64,000 bases of DNA from Eledone cirrhosa (Eukaryota). The notes below the pieces were generated by a model. That model had not been told where the DNA came from and searched no databases. It saw only the letters and a list, made by a program, of their open reading frames with translations. The stretch is from positions 1,116,001 to 1,180,000 of the forward strand of contig OZ024754.1 in NCBI GenBank assembly GCA_964016885.1, read 5' to 3'. A program made the translations under genes and the position numbers. The number at the start of each line of letters is the position of its first letter. Position 1 is the first letter of the stretch. Positions 27,591-40,793 of the stretch are shown piece by piece.

Positions 27591-28049
27591 TACATACATA
27601 CATACATACATACATACATACGTATACATACATACGTATACATACATATATATATACATATGTATAAATATACATACGTATATATAATAATTCTTTTTAC
27701 TTTTGGCACAAGGCCAGCAATTAAATCAGTGTATTACTGGTACTTTATTTCATCGACCCCGTAAGGATGAAAGCAAAGTTAACCTCGGTGGGATTTGAAC
27801 TCAGACCATAAAGGACCATAACTCTTTGCTGCAAAGCATGACGTCAGACCTTCTACCGATACTGCCAATCCACCACCCTATATACGCATATAAAATAATG
27901 ATAATTATATTTATATATAAGAATATATATAATAAGGGTAATATTATGTTACCCGATTACCAGAAAGTAGCTCAATGTAAAATATCAAGTATAATACAGA
28001 GCAGAAATACAACATAAATTACAATGAAATGGTGTTTAAAACATTTAAT

Positions 28050-28097
28050 AGCTTACGGTCGTTTCATCCAGACATAAGTCTGGAATCATCGGAACAT
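28050..28097 (-). ncRNA. Degenerate hammerhead ribozyme
   Basis: CCGATGA-tTCCAGAC(TTAT)GTCTGGAt-GAAAC-GACC-GTA; one core substitution and a weak stem I. Confidence 0.55.
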
Positions 28098-28164
28098 ACA
28101 TAGGTTAAAACATCCATTAACACACCTATGAAATACATGCCTATACATCAAAATATCATTCACT

Positions 28165-29032
28165 CAATACAGTAATTCCCACTCATGTACACTTCATATT
28201 TGCAATTGTCCTCGATTATGCAATGAGACAGGCCATTCATGGGAAGGAAGAATAGTTGGGTTTCAAATTGGATCGAAGGAGAAGTTGTCGTCACCATCCA
28301 AAAGTTGTCTCTGACACAGACTTCGCCAATGACATTGCCTTGATCAAAGAGGAAATCAGTCAAGCTCAAGCACTGCTCACACAGGTCGAGGTTGAATCAG
28401 GCAAAATAGGACTGCATCTCAATGCAAAGAAGACTGAAATCATGCACTACAATCAGGTTGATCCAGCTCCAGTTCTTGCTAAGAACGGTACAATAATGAA
28501 AATAGTTGAAAACTTTAAGAATCTTGGTGCACAGCTCATGCAAGGACTTTGAAGTTAGAAAAGCATTAGCATGGTCGGCATGCCACAAGCTACTGAAGGT
28601 GTGGAAGTCCAACCTAAACCGCAAAATCAAGGAGCGCCTCTTCCTAGCAACTGTTGAGTCCATCCTGCTTTACGGCAGTGAAACGTGGACTATTGACAAA
28701 GTGCTATGCAAGAGACTTGACGGATGTTACACGAGAATGTTGAGAATAGGCCTCGACATTTCTTGGAAACAGAAGCTGACAAATAAGGAACTATACAGAT
28801 CACTACCACCAGTCTCAAAAGAAGTTGCCTGCAGATGAATGAAACTGACTGTGCCCTGGAAACCGACGGTCGGACGAAGAAGCGTGGGAAGACAGGCCGT
28901 CTCATCCATTGATTCTCTGTTGAGAGATGCCAACATTGATAACATCGATGAACTGAAATGTCATGCTTGACTGGGATGATTGGAGAAAGCGTGCTGAATC
29001 TTTGCGAGTGTAAACTTGGCCGAAGAAGAAGT
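28165..29032 (+). mobile_element. RTE-clade LINE 3' fragment
   Basis: DTDFANDIAL, GLHLNAKKT, VESILLYGSETWT, (GAA) tail. Confidence 0.88.
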
Positions 29033-29395
29033 ATACACACATGAAATTTAAGAAATAAACATCACCAAAAAAAAGCAAACGAAACAAACGGAAACAGCAA
29101 TTATAAAAATATAAACAAAATTAATACACACTCGTACAAATATACTAAAAATCCTTTATACAGGGCCACGCTCACACACACACACGCCTATTCATATATT
29201 TACAATATGTCTCTCACCTATTCATTCATTAATCTTGAACACCGGGTCCTCATTTCTGCATCTATTTTTCAAAGAAAGATTTTGTCTGAAACATCAAGTA
29301 TAACTAGTTCTCCGCTTCCGAATATCATATTTAGATTGTTATTCTAACCCATCTTGTGCTATTTTATTGCTGTTATTTTTCTTTCGTTAACACAC

Positions 29396-29467
<72 letters not shown>

Positions 29468-30011
29468 AGACAGACAGAGAGGAAGATCCTTACTGACTTT
29501 AAGCTCACCAAACTTCTACTTATATTTTTGCTGACCTTACTAGCAGTTTTTAGTAAGTATATAGACATATATTCTGATGTATAGTGCTGCATATTTTTAA
29601 TCCTTCAACAGATTTTCAATCGTCCCTTATGTTACGCTATCTATTGCCATGAACTTACTGTAGTCTGACTTCACGAGTTCGTTGGTAACTAATCAGGCTA
29701 GTCTTGAAAGGCATGTACGACCACAAATACTGTAGACCAAGTTGACCCTATCCACTTCGCAAATTGTGCATTTGCTTGCAGTTCACATAGATTTTATGAG
29801 AGCTGCGTACTTTTAAAATAGGTGCATCATTCTTTATCCATTTTCATCTTTGGTGGGATAGGAAACATTTATTTCATAGTTGTAATCACGTATTTTAAAT
29901 GCTTTACAGTTTTTGGTTGGTGTTTCTACATACAAGCTCACCATACAACATCTGATTTGTGATCCTCTGATCATTCATTGGTCAAAGTGTTTGGTTCAAT
30001 ATAAAAGATGT

Positions 30012-30340
30012 CTAAGTACTACTTGTACTTACTTGCACTTGTGGCGGCGCTCACCTGAGGTAGGTTGAACTGGCTCCAATCAAAGAAATTCAAGGTGTCC
30101 CTCACGAACGCAGACCACGCAAAATGATTGGAAGCAATTGAATCGGTGAGGGCCAACCAATCATGATTCCAACGACGGGTACCAAATATACTTAGGCCCA
30201 GGTGGATTTCGCTGTCACTTTTCACGTTTTCGGGTGTCCACTGCGGAATTTGCGCCATCTGCGAGTCAGATGTCTCAATAGCTAAGACGTTGATACTTCC
30301 TCTCAAATTCTGTCTGGAGTCCACGAAGACCACATGACGT
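30012..30340 (-). mobile_element. RTE-clade LINE 3' end with CAAGTA tail
   Basis: FGTRRWNHDW…AWSAFVRDTLN followed by caagt repeats. Confidence 0.65.
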
Positions 30341-31559
30341 TCACAATATCTGTATATAAGTTTCTGATTCTGTCACATGTAAAGAGAGAGGAGTAGTTTG
30401 ACTACCTCACACTACTCCTCTCTATTAACGTCTGCTGTCTGCGTGAATGTATATGTGTGTAAAAGGAAGGAAGGGAGTGGTGAAAAAACTATAGCAAAAT
30501 AGCGGCTAGCGTTCTATTTGTTATGCTGTGTATATGTGTATGTGTTTGTGTGAATGTATGTTGGAGTGTGTATTTTTGTAAGTGTATCTGTGTTGGCACA
30601 TTTATATTTATATACTCATACATAGAAATGTATGCTTATGCATATACACAGAAATGGTTCGTGTTGAAAAAAATGTTAATATCTTAAAATTCTCTCATGA
30701 AAGCGTTAAAGAACATTTAGATGATAAGTGTAGAAGACTTATGTTTGATAACTTTGTGATACCAGAAAAAGAAGATGGAAAAGGAAGAAGGAAATCTAAA
30801 AGGAAAATACAAAAGTAGAAATAAAAGACACAGAAAAAGAACCAAGTCTAAATTAACATTATATAATTTTTTTATAAGCTACAATAAAAAAAAAACCCGA
30901 CTAACAATGATTCCAATAAACAGATATCAATATTAATTAATTAATTATATATTATTAAACACACATTCAGCTTAAATAATGCAATACTTTTGGAAATATT
31001 GATCAAAATATAAACGGAGAATTTCATTACTTAAATGAAGTCCCCAGAGACTAGGTCAAAATTTTTAACCTGACAATAAGATAATATCAATCGAAGATAT
31101 TTCCATGTTTTGTTGATTTTTACTTTATTTTATTTTTTTCTGTTCATTTTTTAATTTTCTCTCTTTCTTTTTTCTTCCTCTTTTAACTATCTAAACATTT
31201 TTTCCTTTCCATTTTTTCTTCTGAAGATGAAAAAGGAAAGAAAGAAAAAGCAAGAGAAAAGAAGACTTTAGTTCATAGACATTAGGTAAATTCAGATGTT
31301 GCTGAAGTCATATTTTTCCCTAGCCAGCAGCTGCAGTGTCAATACTTCAAAACACTTCCTTCTCTTGTGTGTACCTATTGCTATGGAGGAAATAAGCTTA
31401 TATATTGTTGTAGAAGTGTGTGTGAATGTATGTATTATGTATGTATGGGTGTATGTATGTATGATGTATGTGTGTGTGTGTGTATGTATTATGTATGTAT
31501 TGTATATGTATGTATTACGTGTGTATGTAATATGTATGTATGTACGTAAGTATAATGAT

Positions 31560-32015
31560 AAAAAAATGAAAACAATTCTTGGAGAATCAACAAATTATAA
31601 AGACCAAATGACAACCAAAAAATTTGTAGAAATTACTCACTAGTACCAAAATTCACAGATTCTCAATCCACGAACATTTTTAAACAGAAAAACAGTTTCA
31701 CAGTTTGATTTGATAATCTCGTTTATATATTAACATGCTGGGATGTGGAGCAAATCATATTGCAATAACCGATGACTGTCTACCAGCAACATATCCAAGA
31801 TATGAATACAAGAAACATTCCACTGAGTGGACATATTGAAACATGTACCAGGAGAATTTTTCCCAGCTTCATAATTTTTCCACTTTATCAATTAGCAGAT
31901 AACATTACAGAACAACAAAGAATAAAGGAAAATTACTAATGAACAAATATAAATCAGGCTCAAAAGTTCAAGAATAAAGAGAAATTACTAAACAACAAAT
32001 ATAAATCAGGCTCAT
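31560..32015 (+). mobile_element. Penelope-like GIY-YIG C-terminal remnant
   Basis: NLVYILTC, YQQHIQD..TRNIPLSGHIETC, FIIFPLY, KENY..NKYKSG (frameshifted). Confidence 0.65.
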
Positions 32016-32549
32016 TTTGTTTTTGTTTTTGATATGCCCCCATAGTTAGGAACTCGAGGTTAGCACTCCCACTACAGTAAGCATATGATGTTCATAGCTG
32101 TTTCTGTAGGCAAGCAAGATGTTAAGAATCTGAGAATGGTCAGTAGACTAACATGTCAAATTACCAAATGGGTCAGTCACTCTGGTTTACATAGCTTAAA
32201 GAATTAGTCTGATTAATTAATTAATCTATCTATTTATTTTAATAGCAGCTGGTGCTGTATTCAGATTCCAAGCAGGTTGTCAGGTTTCTCTCTGGTGTTT
32301 ATTGGGGTAAGTGTGTGTGTATTGTCGATGGGTGAGGTATATAGGTATTTTGTTGACTGTGTGTTCAAGGTTTAATAAAAGATGTATGAATCTGTACTTT
32401 CACATACACACATGCATAAAACATTACAATTTAACACCTGTCTAATCGAAACATATCAAAAGGTTATCATGCAATCAGTTTGAAATATTTCTAATAGGAT
32501 CATATAATAAACAGAGGATGTATACTTAAAACCGTCCCTCTTCTTTATA

Positions 32550-32630
<81 letters not shown>

Positions 32631-32637
32631 CTTCTTG

Positions 32638-32920
32638 TGAAGGCGCATGGCTTAGTGGTTAGAGCAGTAGGCTTGCAATCAAAAGGTTGTGAGTTCAATT
32701 GTCTGACCGGGTGATGTGTTGTTTCCTTGAGCAAGACACTTTATTTCACGTTGCTCCAGTTTACTCAGCTGAAAATGAGTACCAGCAATAGCTGGAGGTT
32801 TAACCCTGCGACGGACTGGCGTCCTGTCCAGGGGGGAGTCTTGTACTCTCAGTCGCTTCACGCCATGAAAACGGGATAAGCACCGACCAAATGAGCCTTC
32901 TGGCTTAAGACAGACTTTAG
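32638..32920 (+). mobile_element. tRNA-derived SINE, family B
   Basis: TGGCTTAGTGG A box, GAGTTCAATT B box, ccttgagcaagacactt body. The head is shared with 36034-36375, 40848-41185 and 50675-51060. Confidence 0.85.
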
Positions 32921-33048
32921 ACTTACGGCCTGCCTGCCCAGCCAGTGGGATGGCATCATCGTATGGCTAAAACAGCACGTGCTGTGACCAGCGGCGCGGA
33001 ATGGCGCCCGACAGACTGGTCGGTCAAGGTGATCAAGGTGATATATAC

Positions 33049-34438
33049 TTCTTACGGTAAACATTGATGCAATTCAATTCAAGCACTCAACGTGTATTTT
33101 CCACATAGGAAAAAACGGAGTATATTTAGAATAAGAAAATGCGAAGTAGTTTCAGATGTTAAAGTCCTCTATTGGTAATGCTGTGATACATATTTCAATG
33201 ACGACAGTGGCCACACAATTCTGTGTACCCAGTGCCATGACATCATCAGGTAGCTTCTTACATAATAAGGTTACGTTCCCGAGGCAATCCAAAGTGAAAC
33301 GACAAGGGAACGAACAAGGCATGTGTTCTTGAATCTCGCCCGTTCCCCTCTGAGCCCCAATTCACCACCACAGGTTTGCACAGGCGCAAAAAGTGAAGGA
33401 ACCACCATCCACTACCCCAAACTCAATGAAACTAGTCTAGGCAAGTTCCCCCCACCCTCAACCAAAACAATCACCCCCATCCAGGCTGGTAATATGACAT
33501 GGTTAAAGTTTACGGCTATTCGCCCTGCCAGTGGCAGTTGACTGAAACCTAGTGGTGGTGGCAGAGTGTGAGTTTCAATAGGCCTCAATACTACCCTTAA
33601 ATTATGCTTGGACAATAGAGTTGACCATCCCGCTATGAGAATATAAGCTTAAACTTAATTCTAGATATTATGGTTTCACAGTGGAAATTAAGATTGAAAA
33701 TTAGAAATTAAAATCTTGACTGAAGTAAATAAAAATATATATATATAAAATAAAAAGGGAGATGTTTAAGTTATAGTAAGAAGTGTTGAAAAGGGGGTCA
33801 ATATTGGATACTACAAATATATTATCCATATATCGAATGATAGTATCGTACAGTAGAACGGAGGTAAATTAAAGTATGAAACGTATTAATTAGGCAAACA
33901 ATTAGTTAATATCTTCTTCTGCCACATGAATCAAAACAAAAAGTACATAGATGCAAAAATGAGAGAGGAAATATATATGAGAAAAGATATTCAAGGAAGA
34001 TAGACATATATATTGGTATGGAAATGAGGGCAGAAGTGGTGAAAATGCTTGTCAAATTTGTCCATGTAAAGTGCATATAAAATTTCGTTATCGGAGGAGG
34101 TGAGCGGGCTTCCATTCAAGGACTCTCTGCAAAATGTTAGTTGCTGCAGGAAAATAAGGGATTTTCCATTGCTTTCAGGTCTGCTTATTTATTCGGTTGA
34201 AAGTTTGTTTATAATTTTAATCCACCCCCATGGTAGAGGGAATCTCCGGGTGTAGCTGATGGCTGTTGCCATGACTTCTTCACTATATAGGTTACACCAT
34301 AAAGCGCTCAACATTTTAGGAGCTAAAATTCTTACGGTAAACATTGATGCAATTCAATTCAAGCACTCAATGTATTTTTTCCACATAGGAAAAATGTAGT
34401 ATATTCAGAATAAGAAAATGCGAAGTAATTTCAGATGT
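33049..34438 (-). mobile_element. 1280-bp unit flanked by 110-bp direct repeats, containing an HHR-like core (33180-33254)
   Basis: ttcttacggtaaacattgatgc…tcagatgt at 33049-33159 and 34329-34438. Confidence 0.55.
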
Positions 34439-34518
34439 GTATAGGACCCAGATTTATACAGAAAAATCAACCAACTGACCAACCAATAAAAAAAGGCATT
34501 TAATTTTCATACTTTATA

Positions 34519-34524
34519 TTTATT
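34519..34524 (-). terminator. Candidate AP4E1 polyadenylation signal AATAAA
   Basis: AATAAA about 75 nt after the stop. The region is AT-rich, so a chance match is possible. Confidence 0.45.
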
Positions 34525-34597
34525 TATAAAGAGACAAAAATAGATTTGTGTCCTTCCTGAATGGAAAGTTAATGTCACAGTATCACAGCAGATGGTT

Positions 34598-34746
34598 TCA
34601 AAGAAGACAAGAATGTAGACAACTTAATAAAGTCATGTTGTCTGATTTGAGCAGTATTGTTAGTTTAGAATCAAGTTGTAGCATCTTAATGTGTAGTAAA
34701 TAGGTGGACAGCTCCAAACACTGACCACTGAGGAGTGCTTCATTTT
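34598..34746 (-). CDS. AP4E1: AP4E1 terminal coding exon (ENEALLSGQCL...HSCLL*)
   Basis: ttttcag acceptor, TGA at 34600-34598; resembles the GNEGLLACQL..CLLH C-terminus. Confidence 0.87.
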
Positions 34747-35984
34747 CTGAAAATTAAGTAAAAACATTATTTTAAATCTGTGGGGGAAGAAATACACAAA
34801 TATAAAACAAAAAATACAGAGATGTTTCTCTCTCACTCTGTATATATATATATATATACAATGATATTAAAAACTTTGGTACGCTTTCATCAGATAAAAT
34901 ACAAAGAGTGTTTTATAAATTATGACATAGCCAAGGAACATACCTTATCAGTTGAATTTTCCTTGGCTAGTCAAAGGAAAATTCAAGGAAAATTCAACTG
35001 ATAAGGTATGTTGCTTGGCTATGTCAAAATTTATAAAACACACTTTGTATTTTATCTGATGAAAGCGTACCAAAGTTTTTGCTATCCTTGAAATATATAT
35101 AATAGAATAAATATGGTTTTATAAATATAGTTTCCATTTATTTAATATCATTGAATATTTACTCCAGAAATCTGTCAAGTGCTCTGAATCAGTTATAAAC
35201 ATTTATATTTGTTGAATTACCAACAAATTAAATATCCCTTCATCATCATCATCATCACCGTTTTACGTCCGTTCTTCCACGCTAGCATGGGTTAGACGGG
35301 TTGTCCTGTTGTGGGCAGTGTCTGGTCGGCTGACCATGCCTTGCTCATACAGGAACTGATTTGGCTTGGTTTCTACAGCTGGATGCCCTTCCTAACACCA
35401 ACCTCATTTACAGTGAGTGCTGGGTACTTTTTTGCGTGGCGCCTACACGTCCACTTTACAGTGTGGGCTGGGTGCTTTTTTTCCGTGGCACCTCTACGAC
35501 CACCTTGCGGTGGGGGGTGTGGGGGCATATTGTCTATATGCTTCAGCTTGTACCCATGGGAGGTCGGGTACTCTGTATTACTGCGTGACGCCAGAAGTCA
35601 CGGTCGTGTGTCATTGTCTTTGAGAGGTGTAATTGGGTAAGGTCGGCTTTTATCACCTCATCCCAGGTCATCTTGGGTCTCCCCACTCCGCGGTTTCCAT
35701 CAACTTCTAGTGCTCTGCACCTTTTTATGCAGCTATCATCCTTCATACGCATCACATGTCCATACCAGCGCAACCGCCTCTCCTGCACACAGCATTTGAT
35801 TCCTCTTATGCTCAGTCTCTCTCTCAATTCATTTATGCTTTGTCGTTCACGTATATTATTGTTACACATCCATCGGAGCATGCAGGCTTCGTTTCTCTCT
35901 AATCTACGTAAGTCTTCCACCTTCAGCGCCCAGGTCTCGCTACCATGCAACATTGCTGTTCGGATACACGCATCATACAGTCTG

Positions 35985-36035
<51 letters not shown>

Positions 36036-39000
36036 AGGCACATGGCTTAGTGGTTAGAGCATTGACCTTGCAATCGAAAAGTTGTGAGTTCAATTCTTAG
36101 ACCGGGTGATGTGTTGTTTCCTTGAGCAAGACACTTTATTTCACATTGCTCCAGTTTACTCAGCTGTAGAAATGAGATGATAGGGACTGGGGTCCATATC
36201 ATTCCACTGCAAAGTGGTCGTGGAGGTGCCACGGCAAAAAAGCACCCAGCACTCACTGTAAATGAGGTTGGTGTTAGGAAGGGCATCCAGCTGTAGAAAT
36301 CAAGCCAGAATCAGTTCCCGTCCCACCCTTGCAAGCAGGGAAAGAGCGGACGTAAAATGAAATGATGATGATGATATATATATATGCAAAAGGCAACAGA
36401 AATAACAAAACAAATGACTCAGTAAAATGAAGAAATATATTATTAGTTTTACACATGATATAGTAAGAATATATATACCTACATATATCAAATATAGTAA
36501 AAAAGAAAAAAAACAGTAGAAAATGCTAAAGGGATTTTCTCTCAGAATAACATCAAAACATTTATTTACAAAATAGAAATTTCCGCTTTATTTGTACCAG
36601 TTTCAGCTTATATGCTTTTTCACACGACGGAAGTGTATAATGCAATTACTTATGTGTGTATGCACATGTATGTGTGTGTGTATGTTGATGTATATAGGTA
36701 TATGGGTATGTGTCTGTGTGTGTACGTGCCTCTCTGGATGTATGTATGCGTATATTTATATGTTCTCCTTAAATGTGTGTGTGTATAGCAAGCGACTATG
36801 TGCATATGACTGTCATTATCTCTGTGCTTGTGTGTGTGTGCGCGCGTGGATGTGTGAACAACCAAATACAGCAGTAATTTATTGAAGTGTAGCAGACATG
36901 TGACAGCTAACGCCCTGATGGTCAGCGGACTGGTACCTGTGGTCAGAATTATGGTAACGTCGATAACTTGCGGCCAATCACAGGACGCGCGAAGAGGATG
37001 AAGTTTTTGACGGTACTGGCTCAGAGGGTCAGATACCCCAGTGAGAGAATATGCTCCGAAATCATTAGACGTGTCCGTCGAACATGTGGGTCCAGAATCA
37101 GACAGATCTTCACAATGATCGTGTCTCGAGCTGTCCGCCGGGGAAACAATTGTAACACAATAAATTGAGTGTTACAAATGTGAAAGACAGGGCCTTTGGC
37201 ACCACACAGTGACGTCCTGTTTTGGGGTTGGTCCAGCTCCAAATGCCAATGTTTGGTATTAGTCCCTCCAGGATTTTCCATATGTATATCACTGCGTATC
37301 TCTCCCGTCTTCGTTCCATGGAGTAGAGGTTCATTTCTGTTAGCCTCTCCCAGTAGCTTATCTCTTTCATCATTACAATCCTCCTGGTGTAGCTTCATTG
37401 GATGCGTGGTTAGTTTGAGACTATGGGATGACCACAGCAACAACAACAATAACCACCACAATCGCAGCAACTCACAGGGTGCCACCATTAACATGTCAAT
37501 AAACTACAGCAGCAGCGGCAACAATGATACCACCACCACAACAACAACAGTAGTGGTGGCAGCAGTTACGATGACACCACCACCACTACTATCACAGGGA
37601 GTGGTGGCATCAACAGCAGCAATCTTCCTAGCAGCCTGGAGGCAATCCATAATGCTGCAAATAACGCCTTGGTCTGGCTCACCAGTCTCGATCTGCCTCT
37701 CAAACTATTGTTCATATGTGACTGTGAGGGACCCTGACCAGATGGTACAGTATGTTGTTTAGGATTGCCCCCCTCAGATGTTTTCCCAGCAGCCTGGAGG
37801 CAAGCCATAATGCTGCAAATGACGCCTTGGTCTGGCTCACTCTCGACCTGCCACTCTAACTATTGTGCATATGTCATACAACATGTAAAATCTACACTAA
37901 CAAGTTTGGATGTTGTTGTTGTTGCTGTCACTACTATGGTTGATTAATTTGTTCATGATGTTGTTGTTACTGTTGCTGCCAAGATGGTAGCTAATGCCAG
38001 GTCAACCACTCCTATTCTGTCTGAGAAAACCCTGACCACAAAATAATTAATTCTAGCCAAATACACCCCCGCACTAGTCAGACAACTTGTAGGATGTCGG
38101 GTGCCCCAGAGATAAATCCACATGTCTAATGAACGAGCAGATCGATAGTGAAGTCATGTCTATCGCAATTAAAACAATTTAAAGTGAAAATGCTTATCTC
38201 GAACAAAATATATACAATCTGCTGATTACAAACATACAACACACATACTGCAAGTACAAACTTCATAAAAAAATCATCCTGTATTAGTAATAGCATCGAG
38301 AACTCATATTAGTGTCACCTCTATTAAATTACTGATTAACCTATATATATATATTTGTGTGTGTGTATGTATATGATTATATTAACAATGTTTATATATA
38401 GATATATAAATATGTATGTGTGTGTGATTATATTAATGTTAATATATAGATATATAAACATGTATGTATGTGTGATTATATTAATGTTTATATATTGATA
38501 TATAAATATGTGTGTGTGTTTGTGTGTGTATATGATTATATTAACACCCCTTATATATAGATATATAAATATGTATGTGTGTTTTTGTGTGTGTATGTGA
38601 TTATATTAACACCCCTTATATATAGATATATAAATATGTGATGTGTGTGTGTGTGTGTACATCAGTGGGTATATGTGATGTGTGTGTGTGTGTGTGTGTA
38701 CATCAGTGGGTATATGTGATGTGTGTGTGTGTACATCAGTGGGTGTATGTGAGATGTGTGTGTGTACATCAGTGTGTATATGTCCTGTGCTCTCTATGTA
38801 CATCAGTGTGTATATGTCATGTCCTCTATTTGTATATGTGTGTATACATCAATATGTATCTGCACTGTCCACTCTCGCTATGTGTATGTGTGTGTATGTA
38901 CATTAGTGTGTGTGTGTGTGTAAGTATATTCAACAATATAGATTGGCATTCATTCATAAACTAATATTTCGTTTTCAACTTGTAACCAAGATATAATTAC

Positions 39001-40728
39001 AAATATACAGGGTGTCCTAAAAAATGTATACACACTTCCACAACATTCTAATTAAAGTATGTATACATTTTTGGGGACAGCCCGTATTTATACACTTTTA
39101 AGGCAAACATTATCTTGAAGAGCAACAAGGAACATAATCTGTTCTGTGTACACATGTGTGTGTGTTTGTGTGTGTATGTGCACATGTGTTTGTGTGTGCG
39201 CGCACTTGTGCGCATGTGTGTGTGTGTGTGTGTGTGTGCACATGTATTTGTGTGGATGTATATGCGTGCATGCAAATGTGCATGTGAATGTATGTATGTA
39301 TGTTTGCATGTGTGTATGTGCACATACATATGTATGTATGTGTTTGTGTATATGTCTCTGTATTTGTAAATAACTACAATCATTGGCATATATTCATATA
39401 ATATTTTATAAATGCATATGCCAGCAAACTATACTTACACACTTCAAATACAAACAAACACTATTTCATATTTCACAAATCTCACACAGAATATAAGAGT
39501 TGTAATTATTCTATTAAAATACAGTTTTTGGCTGAAGGCAGTGAAATCGTTAAATTTTAATGCAAGAAAAGATGATTAATTAAGACATGAAAGGGTGTAT
39601 TTCAAAGAAATATTTTTCATATCTTAAAGAACTTTAGCATATCAGTTTATTCTGTAACAAACAATAAAAACCAATTTTAAATTCGGGCAATCCCTCAGTT
39701 TACTGCTGAGTACAAATAATAGCAGACACCAACACATTGATACATTCTCATTATATAAAACTTTGTACCTACTGCCTGCCTATCTATCTATTTAATAGCT
39801 ATCTATCTGTCATTTCTGTTCTGGTCATTCTTCCCTATATGTTTCAGTCCTGGGTGTCCTTTTACATCATGGATCACAGGCCTCACACACCAGGACTGAA
39901 CAAAGTCTGATTCTCCTCTTGGACTCAACTCACCTCCCCAATTTCTCTAATACCCCATCCATTATCACATCCCTAGATTCCTATCACTTTCTCTTGATCA
40001 TTAGCAGCTTCTCTTACAACTAAAACATGCCGACTATATATGTTCACTCCACTTATCCCTCCACTGTTCTGTATACACACCCTTATATTAACATACTTTT
40101 GCTCGTAGCTTCGTACTTACATTCACATACACTTTTTTACTCACATATATACACACATTTCTTCTTAGCTTCATACGGACGTATAATAACACACACACAC
40201 ACAAACACATGCTTACGCACGTGCTCAAGTATAGCTCTTTTTACAAAACTTTTTTTTTTCCATTTCAGGTAGACGCGCTCCATCATCTACTTTTCTAAAA
40301 AATAAATCATACACAAAACGCCAGCACCAACAGTTTTGCAAGAGATATCAACATGAATGGACCTGTTATTTTTATCTAAAGACATTTTTTCCAATTCCAT
40401 CCTGCCCGTCCCCTCAATCTATCTTATTTCTCATTCTTTCTTCTGATGAAGGACTAGAGTCCGAAACGTTAAGACCCTCTTCCTGCTATATCAAGCGTTA
40501 ACCTAATATATCTCTTCCATATACTGTACTGATTGTGTTGTTATTTGTTTACCTTTTACATACATACATATATATATATAATGTCTCTCTATCTATCTAT
40601 ATATATATAATTGTTTCTACTTTAGGCACAAGGCCAGCAATTACCAAGTTCATATCTATATATATATAATGTTTCTCTACCTATCTACCTATCACACATG
40701 GTTGCAATTCTGGTATATACAGATGAGC

Positions 40729-40793
<65 letters not shown>

